Positions 1 to 10,400 of a stretch of 41,429 nt of DNA are shown one piece after another (the first letter of the stretch is position 1; each line of letters starts with the position of its first letter). The notes under the pieces are model-generated. The model ran no database searches and was not told the origin of the DNA. It was given only the letters and a program-made list of their open reading frames with translations. The stretch comes from Bryobacteraceae bacterium (GTDB lineage: Bacteria; Acidobacteriota; Terriglobia; Bryobacterales; Bryobacteraceae): NCBI GenBank assembly GCA_035526665.1, contig DATLBY010000015.1, positions 1 through 41,429 of the forward strand. The letters run 5' to 3'. The translations under genes and the position numbers were made by a program.

Positions 1-1
1 C

Positions 2-385
2 ACCGCGCAAAAAATCGTGGAATACCGCAACGAGCATGGGCGCTTCCGCTCCCGCGTTCAACTCACTGCAATTCCCGGATTTGGACCCAAGACATTTGAG
101 CAGGCGGCGGGCTTCCTGCGCATCCGGGGAGGCGATAATCCCCTGGATATGACGGGCGTCCACCCGGAATCCTACATGGTGGTGCAGCGGATTGCGTCCT
201 CTTTGAATGTCGCGGTTCCTGAACTGATCGCAAAGCCGGAACTGATTGAGCAGATTAAAATCGAAGGCTTTCAGACCGAGGCAGTAGGCATCTACACGCT
301 CACTGATATTCGCGAGGAACTGCGCAAGCCGGGCCGCGATCCGCGGGAGAAATTCGTAGCGCCCCAATGGCGCGATGATGTTTAG
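2..385 (+). CDS. tex: Tex-like transcription accessory protein, helix-hairpin-helix region. The 5' end lies outside the window, and the frame is closed by an in-frame TAG at 383-385.
   Basis: The frame is open from nt 2. [18 protein letters not shown]...[10 protein letters not shown] matches the Tex HhH/ComEA-like segment. The S1 domain expected next lies in the same frame just after the TAG. Confidence 0.8.
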   Translation, partial: [127 protein letters not shown]

Positions 386-409
386 ACTATCGCCGACCTC
401 ACACCCGGA

Positions 410-739
410 ATGATTGTGGAAGGGACCGTGACCAACGTCACCGCCTTTGGCGCGTTCGTCGATATAGGCGTCCATCAGGACGGCCTGATTCATGTAAGTG
501 AAATCTCCAGCCGCTTCATCAAGGAGCCTGCCGAGGCAGTGAAGGCCGGGCAGATTATAAAGGCGAAAGTGCTGGCGGCGGATCCAAAGGCCCGGCGCAT
601 CTCCCTCTCCATCAAGGCTCTGGAGGAGCGTGCTCCCGCGCGTCCACGTGAACAGAAACGCCAACCCCCTCCGCCGCCGAAAAAACCGAGTTTCGACGAG
701 CAGATGGCAAAGCTTTCCGAGCGCTTCCGCACGAGGTAA
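410..739 (+). CDS. tex: S1 RNA-binding domain ORF, most likely the C-terminal S1 domain of the same tex gene cut off by the amber codon
   Basis: [29 protein letters not shown]...[12 protein letters not shown] is a canonical Tex S1 domain. It shares the frame of 2-385 (2, 17 and 410 are all 2 mod 3), and the linker TIADLTPG at 386-409 also reads through. No clear RBS precedes ATG 410. Confidence 0.75.
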   Translation: [109 protein letters not shown]

Positions 740-740
740 C

Positions 741-2504
741 ATGCATCGAGTATTTCTAGGAGTATTCATCGGCGCTCTCCTGGCGCAGACGCCGGAAGGT
801 CCCTACAAGCCGGCTCCGGGGGAGGTGGCTGGCATTCGCGCGAAGATGGCCGAGTTGAAATCGAGCATGAAGGGCGATGATCCCGATGTCGAGATCTACT
901 ACAAGGCGGCCGACTGGATGCTTCGTGACCCCGCCGAGTTCTATACCAAGGCGTACCTGCAGAACACCCTGTCCGTCTTAGACGAGGGTTTGGCGCGAGC
1001 TTCGGATACCAAAAAATCCTGGACCACTGCCAAAAATAGAGTCGCCCGGGCTTACCGGTCCCGCATTGATGGCAGCGTCCAACCGTACGTGATGACCATC
1101 CCGGCCTCGTATGACCCGGCAGTCCCCGCGCGGTTGGATGTAGTACTTCACGGCCGGGCCGCCACCATGAATGAGGTCAGCTTTATTGTCAATAAGGACA
1201 AGCCGGCTACGGAAAAGCACCTTGTGATGGAAGTCTTCGGCCGGACCAACAACGCCTATCGCTGGGCCGGCGAGACGGACATCTTTGAGGCGATTGAATC
1301 TGCCCGCTCCCGCTATAACGTGGACCCCAACCGGATCGTACTCCGGGGCTTCTCCATGGGCGGCGCCGGGGCGTGGCACATCGGTTTGCATTATCCCAGC
1401 CGCTGGGCAGCCGTGGAGGCGGGCGCCGGCTTCACTGAGACGGTGAAGTACGCCAAGTTGAAGGACCCTCCCGGCTATGTTCTCTCCACACTGCACATAT
1501 ACGATGCAGTCGATTACGCCTTGAACGCCGTCAACGTTCCGTTTGTCGGGTATGGCGGCGAGATCGATCCCCAACTGCAGGCGAGCCGCAACATCCAGGA
1601 GCAACTGGATCGGGAAGGACTGAAGCCAACCGCCCTAAAGGCATTGTTTCTGGTAGGCCCGGGAACCGCGCACAAGTTCCATCCGGAAAGCAAGAAGGAA
1701 TCCGACAAGTTCATCGATCAGGCCGTGGCGGCCGGCAGAACGCCCCCCGCTCACATTCGTTTCGTGACATACACGCCCCGCTACAACGAATGTTTCTGGC
1801 TCACGGTGGACGAACTGGAGAAGATGTATCAGCGTGCCGAGGTCGACGCCACGCGCGAACAGGGGAGGACTACTCTCTCGACAAAAAACATCGCGCGAAT
1901 CACGTTGCAGGATGCCGGAAAAATCACCATCGACGGGCAGGAGCTGGCCAAAGGGTCCACACTTGAGAAGATCAACGGGAAGTGGAGGCAGGCGAAAGAG
2001 TCCAAATCGCTCACCAAGAAGCACGGCCTCCAGGGTCCCATCGACGACGCATTCATGGATGCCTTTATCGCGGTAAATCCACCGGAGCAACTCCAACGCG
2101 AATATTCCAAGTGGCTGCGAGCCGATCTTCCCATGAAAGATGCCGCCAGCGTTACAGACAAAGACATGGCAACGCACAACCTCGTTCTGTTCGGTGACCC
2201 GTCGAATAATACGTGGATCGCAAAGATCGCGCCCAAGCTTCCGATACGCTGGTCAGGCGGCGATATCGTGGCCGGGGGCGATCGCTATTCGGCGGCCGAT
2301 CACACCTTAACGATGATTTATCCCAATCCGTTGCATCCGGGCCGCTACGTTGTCCTGAACAGCGGTCACACGTTTCACGACGCGGATTTTCGCGGCACAA
2401 ACGCCCTACTCTATCCACGTTTGGGAGATTACGCCATTATCCGAAAGGCCGACGGGAAGGTAGTGCGCGCCGGCCTCTTCGATGAACACTGGCAGTTGCA
2501 CTAG
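741..2504 (+). CDS. secreted alpha/beta-hydrolase (esterase/peptidase S9-like)
   Basis: Lies in the frame of track ORF 630-2504. I moved the start to ATG 741, which gives a signal-like N-terminus MHRVFLGVFIGALLAQ. GFSMGG is the nucleophile elbow (GxSxG). Confidence 0.7.
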   Translation: MHRVFLGVFIGALLAQTPEGPYKPAPGEVAGIRAKMAELKSSMKGDDPDVEIYYKAADWMLRDPAEFYTKAYLQNTLSVLDEGLARASDTKKSWTTAKNRVARAYRSRIDGSVQPYVMTIPASYDPAVPARLDVVLHGRAATMNEVSFIVNKDKPATEKHLVMEVFGRTNNAYRWAGETDIFEAIESARSRYNVDPNRIVLRGFSMGGAGAWHIGLHYPSRWAAVEAGAGFTETVKYAKLKDPPGYVLSTLHIYDAVDYALNAVNVPFVGYGGEIDPQLQASRNIQEQLDREGLKPTALKALFLVGPGTAHKFHPESKKESDKFIDQAVAAGRTPPAHIRFVTYTPRYNECFWLTVDELEKMYQRAEVDATREQGRTTLSTKNIARITLQDAGKITIDGQELAKGSTLEKINGKWRQAKESKSLTKKHGLQGPIDDAFMDAFIAVNPPEQLQREYSKWLRADLPMKDAASVTDKDMATHNLVLFGDPSNNTWIAKIAPKLPIRWSGGDIVAGGDRYSAADHTLTMIYPNPLHPGRYVVLNSGHTFHDADFRGTNALLYPRLGDYAIIRKADGKVVRAGLFDEHWQLH

Positions 2505-2507
2505 CTG

Positions 2508-4520
2508 CTACCAGACGCTGCAAGCGTTCTGGCGCACCATGGGCTGTCCTGCTTTGCAGGCAAATGCCTTCTGAAACTCGGGCATATTCGATACGGTCCC
2601 GTTCACACGGTAGCGCCCGGGCGAATGGGGATCGGTCTGTGTGCGGAGCCGGAGCGCCTGGTCTGTCATATTGGTGCACCAGATCTGACCCCAGCCAAGA
2701 AAGATGCGCTGCTCCGCAGTAAACCCGTCAATCTTAGGCTGGCTTTTTCCGGCTAATGTATCGATCATCGCCATGTAGGCGATACGCAGTCCGCCGTTGT
2801 CGGCAACATTCTCGCCCAGCGTCAGCTTTCCGTTCAGCTTTAAATCCCCTACGGCGGCAAACTCGCCGTACTCTTTGTTGACGCAATCGGCGCGGCGCTC
2901 GAACTCCTTCGCGTCAGCCTCGGTCCACCAGTCGGCCAGGTTCCCCTTGGCATCGAACTGCCGGCCTTGATCGTCAAATCCGTGCGTCAGCTCGTGTCCG
3001 ATCACAGCGCCGATGCCCCCGAAATTTACCGCGTCATCCAATTTGTTGTCATAGAACGGCGGCTGCAGAATGCCCGCGGGGAAATTGATGTTGTTCAGCT
3101 GCGGATCATAGTACGCATTCACGGTCGGAGGCGTCATAAACCACTCGGTTTTGTCCACCGGTTTGCCGATCTTCGCCAACTGGCGCTGAAACTCAAACGT
3201 GTTCGCCCGCGTGGAATTGCCGAGCGCGTCCCCCTTTTGAATCGTCAGTGCACTGTAATCGCGCCACTTTTCCGGGAAGCCAATTTTATTCGTAATGGCA
3301 TGGAGCTTCTCCAGCGCGCGCTTCTTGGTGGCAGGCGTCATCCACGACAACCGTTCGATGTCGCGCTCCAGCGCCTTTTCCAATGCGTGCACCATCTTCA
3401 GTGTCCGTTCCTTACCTTCGGCGCCGAAGGTCTGCTCCACATATTTCTGTCCCAGCGCTTCACCCAGATCCCCATCGGTGAACTGTACACATCGCTTCCA
3501 CCGCGGCTTCAGTTCCTTGGCGCCGGTAAGAATCTTGCCACTAAATTCGAAATTCTGGTTTACGAAACGAGCCGGTAGCAGCGGGGCCGACGCCGACAGA
3601 TAATGCCAACGCAGATAAACCTTCCAATCCTCCAGTGCCACCTCCTGAATCTGGGAGTCCATTTGCTTGAAGAAATCCGGCGCGACAACATTCAGGCTCT
3701 GAATTCGCGGAACTCCCACGCCTTGCAGGTATTTCGGCCAGGCGAAGGACGGATAGAGCGCTTGCAGCTCCTTTGTACTCATGCGGTGATAAGTGGCCGC
3801 CGGATCGCGCCGCGTCACTCGGTCCTGCGACCCCTTGGCAAGCGCCGTCTCAATCGCCATTACCACCTTGGCGTTGGCAGCCGCCTTCTCAGGGGAATCG
3901 CCCAGTAGTTCGAACATTTTTTGCACGTGCCCTACATACTGGCCCCGGGTCTCCACCGACTTGGGATCCTGCTTGAAGTAGTAGTCCCGGTCCGGCAGCC
4001 CGAGCCCGCCCTGATCTGCCTGGGCGATCACCTCGGTGGAGTCTTTGAAATCCTGGCCGGAGCTGAGGTTGAAGAGCGCGTTTACCCCAAGCTTATGTAA
4101 CCGTATCAGCTCATCCACCAGCGCCGGTTTGTCCGCCAGGGCGGCAATCCTGTCAAGCTCAGGCTTGAGCGGAGCTGTGCCGCGGGCTTCGATTCCCTGT
4201 TCGTCCATGCAGGACGAATAATAATCGCCGACCTTGCCGTCGCCGGCATTTTTTGCGGTCTTGGCAGCGCTTGTCTCCAAAATGTCCTTCAGAATTCGCT
4301 GGTTCCGCTCGAGCAGCGCGCTAAAGCGGCCCCACGAAGACTGGTCGGGAGGAATGGGATTGGCCGCCAGCCAAGTGCCGCAGGCGTACTGATAAAAATC
4401 CACGCAGGGATCCGCTTTGCGGTCGAGTGCGTTTATATCAAAGCCGGGCTTCAATTGAGTCTGCGCCCGGAGAGCCAGGCTGGATAGACAGAACACTATG
4501 GCAACGGTGAGTTTGGTCAT
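2508..4520 (-). CDS. M13 family zinc metallopeptidase (neprilysin/PepO-like)
   Basis: Carries the HELTHGFDDQG (HExxH), NAYY and GENVADNGG motifs. ATG at 4520 gives the signal peptide MTKLTVAIVFCLSSLALRAQ. Confidence 0.9.
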   Translation of the reverse strand: MTKLTVAIVFCLSSLALRAQTQLKPGFDINALDRKADPCVDFYQYACGTWLAANPIPPDQSSWGRFSALLERNQRILKDILETSAAKTAKNAGDGKVGDYYSSCMDEQGIEARGTAPLKPELDRIAALADKPALVDELIRLHKLGVNALFNLSSGQDFKDSTEVIAQADQGGLGLPDRDYYFKQDPKSVETRGQYVGHVQKMFELLGDSPEKAAANAKVVMAIETALAKGSQDRVTRRDPAATYHRMSTKELQALYPSFAWPKYLQGVGVPRIQSLNVVAPDFFKQMDSQIQEVALEDWKVYLRWHYLSASAPLLPARFVNQNFEFSGKILTGAKELKPRWKRCVQFTDGDLGEALGQKYVEQTFGAEGKERTLKMVHALEKALERDIERLSWMTPATKKRALEKLHAITNKIGFPEKWRDYSALTIQKGDALGNSTRANTFEFQRQLAKIGKPVDKTEWFMTPPTVNAYYDPQLNNINFPAGILQPPFYDNKLDDAVNFGGIGAVIGHELTHGFDDQGRQFDAKGNLADWWTEADAKEFERRADCVNKEYGEFAAVGDLKLNGKLTLGENVADNGGLRIAYMAMIDTLAGKSQPKIDGFTAEQRIFLGWGQIWCTNMTDQALRLRTQTDPHSPGRYRVNGTVSNMPEFQKAFACKAGQPMVRQNACSVW

Positions 4521-4711
4521 GTAGCCCCCTTGTAGAACGAAATTAACTCCAAATGTAGCGGGCGCGGAGAACTCAGCGCAAGCGGCCCGGGGCTGCATCT
4601 AAGGGCGAATGCTGACCAAATCTGAAGGCTGCGCCTGAACACCGCGCGATTGCTCCCCCCACCTGTCTCGATAAGCCGCCTTCTACCGCTGTAGTTGTAC
4701 AATGAAGCTAT

Positions 4712-5851
4712 ATGAAGTTATTTGGCTTTACGATGTTTCTCACGGCGGCAACCTGCGCGCTCGCGGCCGATATCGGGATCGTCGAAGAGATCATCGCAAA
4801 AGTTAACGGTGATATCATTACGCGCACTGAGGTGGACCGGTCCGGGAAGCTAATGGAAGCCGAGCTCCGGGCGCGCGGCGCCAATGGAGGCGTGCTGGAA
4901 AAGGAAGTGGCTGCGCGCAGCAAGGATCTGCTGCGTGACAAGATCGATCAGCTTCTGCTGGTGCAAAAAGGCAAAGAGCTAAACATCAACGTCGATCCAG
5001 ACGTCAGCCGGAACCTGGCCGACATCCAACGCCAAAGCGCCATCGCCGACTCGGAAAAGTTCGCTGAGTTCGTTCGTCAGAATACGGGCCAATCCCTCGA
5101 AGACTACAAGGCCGACATGCGCAATGGAATCTTGACCCAGCGCGTGGTTCGCCAGGAGGTCGGCGGCAGAATTTCCGTGCCGAAATCCGAGGTCCAGAAG
5201 TATTACAACGAGCACAAAAACGACTTCATGCGCGAAGAGCGGGTTTTCCTGCGCGAAATCCTGGTCTCAACCGAGGGAAAGGACGAGAAGGGAATTGCAG
5301 CTGCTGAGAAGAAAGCCAAGGATCTGGTTGCCCGAGCCCGAAAGGGTGAAAAATTCGGAGAGCTGGCTCGCGACAACTCTGAGGCCGCGACCAAGGCCGA
5401 GTTTGGCGAGCTGCCGCCGTTCAAGCGCGGCGAACTGGATCCGCAGATTGAAAAGGTGGTCTTCAACCAGGAACGCGGTTTTGTGAGCGATCCCATCCGC
5501 GTGAAATCGGGATTCGAAATCGTCAAGGTGGAGGAGCGTCACAAAGCCGGACTGGCAACTCTCGAGGAAGTGGAAAACGAGATTATGGAGAAGCTCTACT
5601 CGCCGCGCATGCCTCCGGCAGTTCGCGAGTACCTGACAAAACTGCGGCAGGAAGCATTCCTGGAGATCAAGCCTGGCTTCCTCGACAGCGGCGCCGCGCC
5701 CGGAAAAAATACCGCCTGGCAGGATCCGGCTCAGCTGAAGCCCGAGACGGTTACCAAGGAGGAGGTCGCCAATCGGGTGCGCAAAAGACGGCTGCTGGGT
5801 ATGATGCCCGTCCCGGGAACCCAGATGAACACCACCTCGAAGAGCAAATAG
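4712..5851 (+). CDS. SurA-like periplasmic chaperone / PpiC-type peptidyl-prolyl isomerase
   Basis: Signal peptide MKLFGFTMFLTAATCALA, a SurA N-terminal-like IIAKVNGDIITRTEVD segment, and a parvulin-like segment ending GFEIVKVEE. Confidence 0.8.
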   Translation: MKLFGFTMFLTAATCALAADIGIVEEIIAKVNGDIITRTEVDRSGKLMEAELRARGANGGVLEKEVAARSKDLLRDKIDQLLLVQKGKELNINVDPDVSRNLADIQRQSAIADSEKFAEFVRQNTGQSLEDYKADMRNGILTQRVVRQEVGGRISVPKSEVQKYYNEHKNDFMREERVFLREILVSTEGKDEKGIAAAEKKAKDLVARARKGEKFGELARDNSEAATKAEFGELPPFKRGELDPQIEKVVFNQERGFVSDPIRVKSGFEIVKVEERHKAGLATLEEVENEIMEKLYSPRMPPAVREYLTKLRQEAFLEIKPGFLDSGAAPGKNTAWQDPAQLKPETVTKEEVANRVRKRRLLGMMPVPGTQMNTTSKSK

Positions 5852-5858
5852 AGCCGGG

Positions 5859-6956
5859 ATGAAATCTCCATACGTTAGCGAGCTGCAGCCGAACCAGCTG
5901 ATCACCGCCGTGTTCCTGGTGCAGCACAAAGACATCCGGCAGAAGAAGACCGGCGAGCCCTATCTGTCGCTCGTTCTGGGTGATCGAACAGGCGAAATCG
6001 ACGCCAAGATGTGGGACAACGTCACCGAAGTGATGGATAGCTTCGAGCGCGACGATTTTCTCAAGGTGCGTGGACTGCTGCAGGTGCATCAAAACCGCCT
6101 CCAATTGACGCTGCATAAATTGCAAAGGCAGGAGTCGGCCACCATCGATGCGGCCGATTACTTCCCCGCCTCACAGCGCAATCCCGATGAGATGTTCGCT
6201 GAGCTGCAGCAGTATGTGGCCGCAATGCAGAACGTTCACTTGAAGGGTTTGATGGAAGCGCTCTTCGCTGACGCTGAAATCGCGCGCCGGTTCAAGATCG
6301 CTCCTGCCGCCAAGAACATTCATCATGCGTATTTATCAGGTCTGCTGGAGCACGTGGTGTCGCTTTGCGGACTGGCTAAAATGATGGCGGCGCACTATCG
6401 CACAATAGACCTGGATCTGTTGATTTCGGGTGTCATTCTGCACGACATCGGCAAAATCTACGAGCTTACCTACGACCGCAGTTTTAGCTATTCGACCGAG
6501 GGTCAGCTGCTCGGTCATATCATCATCGCCTTGCGAATGGTAGAGGATAAGGTCCGCTCTCTTCCAGGCTTCCCACCCAAGCTGCGGACGCTGCTGGATC
6601 ACATGATTGTCAGTCATCATGGCGAGCTGGAGTATGGCTCGCCTAAGTTGCCGGCCTTTCCAGAAGCACTGCTTCTGCATCACCTGGATAATCTGGACGC
6701 CAAGATGGAGACCATGCGCGCGTTCCTGGAGAAGGATCGTCAGGTGGATGGCTGTTGGACCGGGTACAGTCCCTCCCTGGAAAGATCCGTCCTCAAGAAA
6801 CTCCGGTTTCTCGACAATACGCCCGCACCGGCGGTGGAACCCCGGCCGCCGCAGCCGATCGCTCACGCGGCTGCCGCACCGAGGACCGCTGCGCCTCCGT
6901 CCTCACACTTTGCACAAATGCTGCAAGGAGCTTTAAAGAAGGTTCCTGATGCCTAA
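5859..6956 (+). CDS. OB-fold plus HD-domain protein (YhaM-like 3'-5' exoribonuclease family)
   Basis: The N-terminus is OB-fold-like (YLSLVLGDRTGEIDAKMWD), followed by HD-domain motifs (ILHDIGK, VSHHGELEYGSP, HHLDNLDAK). Confidence 0.75.
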   Translation: MKSPYVSELQPNQLITAVFLVQHKDIRQKKTGEPYLSLVLGDRTGEIDAKMWDNVTEVMDSFERDDFLKVRGLLQVHQNRLQLTLHKLQRQESATIDAADYFPASQRNPDEMFAELQQYVAAMQNVHLKGLMEALFADAEIARRFKIAPAAKNIHHAYLSGLLEHVVSLCGLAKMMAAHYRTIDLDLLISGVILHDIGKIYELTYDRSFSYSTEGQLLGHIIIALRMVEDKVRSLPGFPPKLRTLLDHMIVSHHGELEYGSPKLPAFPEALLLHHLDNLDAKMETMRAFLEKDRQVDGCWTGYSPSLERSVLKKLRFLDNTPAPAVEPRPPQPIAHAAAAPRTAAPPSSHFAQMLQGALKKVPDA

Positions 6957-7338
6957 TCAACGGACCTCTCGAGAAATTCCCCCGCCGCTCGAATTGCAGT
7001 GCCTCAAAGCGCTCTGGATGTTGGGTGAAGCCAACGTCAAGGCGGTTCGCCAGGTGGTGACCAAAGACCGGGCGCTGGCGTATACGACGGTAATGACGGT
7101 TCTGGACCGGCTGGTCCGCCGCGGCGGAGTCGGGAGACGAAAGGTGGGGCGTTCTTTCGTGTATTCCCCTCTACTCACGCGCGACTCGCTCCGCCGGCTC
7201 GCAGTCCAGCAGCTGGTGGAATGTTTCTTTGATGGCTCCGAGGATACTCTTCGCTCGTATCTAGACAGCCGGACGGCGCTCGATATCCGGATCCCTGACC
7301 CTGTCGCCGACGTCCGTTTGGACGCCTCTCTCCTTTAG
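6949..7338 (+). CDS. BlaI/MecI/CopY family transcriptional repressor
   Basis: Winged-helix pattern LQCLKALWMLGEANVKAVRQVV...AYTTVMTVLDRLVRRG and a typical ~129 aa size. The ATG overlaps the upstream stop by 8 nt. Confidence 0.8.
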   Translation: MPNQRTSREIPPPLELQCLKALWMLGEANVKAVRQVVTKDRALAYTTVMTVLDRLVRRGGVGRRKVGRSFVYSPLLTRDSLRRLAVQQLVECFFDGSEDTLRSYLDSRTALDIRIPDPVADVRLDASLL

Positions 7339-7497
7339 ATTGAGAGCGCGCCGGTACTCCTCGCTACCAATGCCTGCCGCAGGTTAATCTCACTAATTTC
7401 TTCTGACTGAGTAAAGGGTAGCCGCCCCCAAATGGCGTCAAAATTGATTGCACGGCCATCAATCACTGTTACGATTCCGTGAAAGGGGTATACACAC

Positions 7498-10400
7498 ATG
7501 GAGTTGAGAGTACGGTTCGCTTCCATTTTTCTGTTGATCTGCTCGCTCGCCCACGTAGGCCTTGCACAAACCATTACCGCCGCCTTGACGGGCACAGTGA
7601 CAGATACGTCCGGCGCTGTTGTGCCGAACGTAAAAGTCACTGCAACAAATACGTCGACGAATGTCGCCACCGAGACGACCACCAACAACGAGGGAATTTT
7701 CAACCTGCCATTCCTGCCGATCGGCAGCTATACGGTTGCCGCGGAGGGCGCGGGATTCAAGCGAACGGTAGTTGGTCCATTCACGCTTGAAGTCAATCAG
7801 ACGGCTCGTGGACTTTTCGCTGCAGGTAGGACAGTTGACCGAAATCATTGAGGTGCACGATTTCGCGCCGATTCTGCAAACCGAATCCACCCAAACCGGT
7901 GACGTATTGAGTTCCCGGCGGATCACTTCAATCCCTTTAAATGGCCGCAATTTCGCCAGTTTGACGATGCTGATCCCAGGTGCGATCTCGACCAGTCCGA
8001 ATGCAATGAACACTTCGGGCCGTTTTCAGGGTTCGGGCAGCCGCCCCCAAGTGAATGGAAATCGTGAACAGACCAATAACTTTCTCCTCGACGGCATCGA
8101 CAATAACGACTCTATCGATAACCGTATCGGCTATCAGCCGAACGTCGACGCGCTCGATGAAGTAAAGGTGATCACCGGGAATGGCTCTTCGGAGTTCGGC
8201 AATGTCGGTGGAGCCATTGTCAACGCCACCCTCAAGAGCGGGACCAATAACTTTCACGGAAATGTGTTCGAGTTCCTGCGCAACGAGAAACTGGATGCAA
8301 ACGGATATTTCAACAATCGGAATCGGGTGGCCAAACGCGCGTTCAAGCGTAACATCTTCGGGGGAACGCTAGGCGGACCGGTGATCCGCAACAAGGCGTT
8401 CTTCTTTGTGGATTATGAAGGAACACAGCAGCGGGATTCCGGACCGGCTACCGCAAGCGTCGCGCCTGCGGCATGGCGCACAGGGGACCTATCCGACTTT
8501 CTTACCAAATCGAATCAAGTCGTGCGGGACCCCCTGACTGGACCGGATCTCGCCTCAAGAACTCCATTCCCCGGGAATATCATTCCCCTCAACCGGATCA
8601 CCAACCCAGTGGCGCTAAAACTGTTCAGCGGCCCGAATTTGTATCCGGCTCCAAATAACCTTGGAACCGGCACATTGGGTATCAGCAGCAACTACATATC
8701 GACTTCGGCAAACAAGCTGGTGAATCACCAAGCGGATGCGAAAGGCGACTTTCGGCCAAATGACAAAGACAACATTTCAGCCCGGTGGTCCATCGGCCGC
8801 TACGAACAAGGCGGCAGCCAGGCTGCTCTCCCGGTTCTGCTTCCGGGTATCAACATAGCGCCAACGATGAGCGCGGTACTCACCTGGACACGCACGTTCA
8901 CTCCATCTCTGGTGAATGAGGTGCGGCTTGGATACACCCGTGTTGGCATCGATGAAGGCGTCCCGAACGACTGGAGCGGACAGTTGGGGCTGGATGGCAA
9001 TTCGAAGTTTGGTATTGCCGGCGGACAACCCATCGCCGGCATGAGTTCGGTCACGCTCGGCAGCGGATTGAGCACCGTCGGCACTGGCGCTGCCATTGGA
9101 TCGACCGTGGACAACAAAATTCAGTATGCCGACAACCTGACCTGGCAGAAAGGTAGACACATGCTCAAGATGGGGGGACAGGCAATCCGTTTTCGGCAGA
9201 ATCGCTACTACGCCGGTAACAACGGTGCTTTGGGCTCGTTCACCTTCGATGGAACATACTCCGGCATCCCCTATGGAGACTTTCTGCTGAACACCTTGGC
9301 CGCAAAGGGACGCGGCTCCGTGACGGGTAAGTGGGGGCACCGGCATTGGCGAGATGGCCTGTTCGTGCAGGATGACTATAAGGTGTCACGAACTCTGACA
9401 GTGAATCTGGGTCTGCGCTGGGAATACACGCAACCGGTCTATGAGGTTGCCGACAGGCAGGTGAACATCAATACGGCTACCGGCCAGTTGCTTTACGCCG
9501 GCAAAGACGGCAACAGCCGCGCACTCTACGATCCCTACTATAAGCAATTTGAGCCGCGTGTCGGATTCGCCTGGAATCCCTTCTCGAAAGTAGTCTTCCG
9601 GATGGGCTATGCGATGTCCAGCTTCATGGAGGGGACCGGAGCGAATCTTCGTCTGCCCCTGAACCCGCCATTCTTCCTGGAGTCGAATGTAAACTATGAC
9701 CCTCGCACCCCCGGCGATATCCGAACGGGCTTCAGTGACATATCGGCGTCGGGTGTGCTGAACAGTCCGCGGACGGGCGCCGCTCCCTTCTTCCAGGGCC
9801 GAGCCTGGGACCTGCATCTGCGGCCCCAGTTTACCCAACAATACAACGCCACGCTCGAGTATCAACTCACAACCACCACCTCCGTGACGGCTGCCTATGT
9901 TGGTCAGTTAGGCACGCACCTGGTGGTTCCGCATGAGGCCAACAACCCACTGCCTGGCGTCGGGCCGGTTTCCAGCTGGATTAATTCAAGCGACCGAAGG
10001 CCGCTGGCCAGCGTACTCCCGAATGTGGGCAACATCGCGCTCACGGAAGGCAGCGCCCGCATGAGCTATAACGCGCTTCAGATCAGCGGACGCCATCGAT
10101 ATTCGGGTGGTCTCGAGCTCACCGGCTTCTATGTGTGGAGCAAGAGCATCATGGAAAATCTCGGCTACTACGGCTGCGGCGCCGTCAACGCCGAAGGCGC
10201 CTACTGGCAGGACGCGTACAATCGCAGAGGGAATCGCGGTCCGGCCTGCTTCGACGCACAACACAACATATCCCTGGGTGGCCTGTACGAGCTTCCCTTC
10301 GGCACGCACCGTAAGTTTGGCTCCGGTTGGAACAAAGCGGTGGATGCCATTGCCGGCGGCTGGAGTTTGAACTACTCCATGAACACGCACTCCGGCTTCC

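Noticed and set aside
383-385. Recoding of the tex TAG (pyrrolysine or programmed readthrough)
   Set aside because: TAG ends many neighbouring genes, no pyl genes or obvious readthrough context are visible, and a point mutation or base error is simpler.
630-740. Upstream extension of the hydrolase ORF (track start 630)
   Set aside because: It would overlap the tex S1 domain in another frame. ATG 741 gives a proper signal peptide right after the tex stop.
4698-4703. TACAAT -10-like hexamer 8 nt before the SurA-like ATG (possible leaderless transcript)
   Set aside because: There is no acceptable -35 element (GCCGCC at the 17-nt spacing), and the TG is not correctly spaced for an extended -10. 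A single hexamer is not enough evidence.
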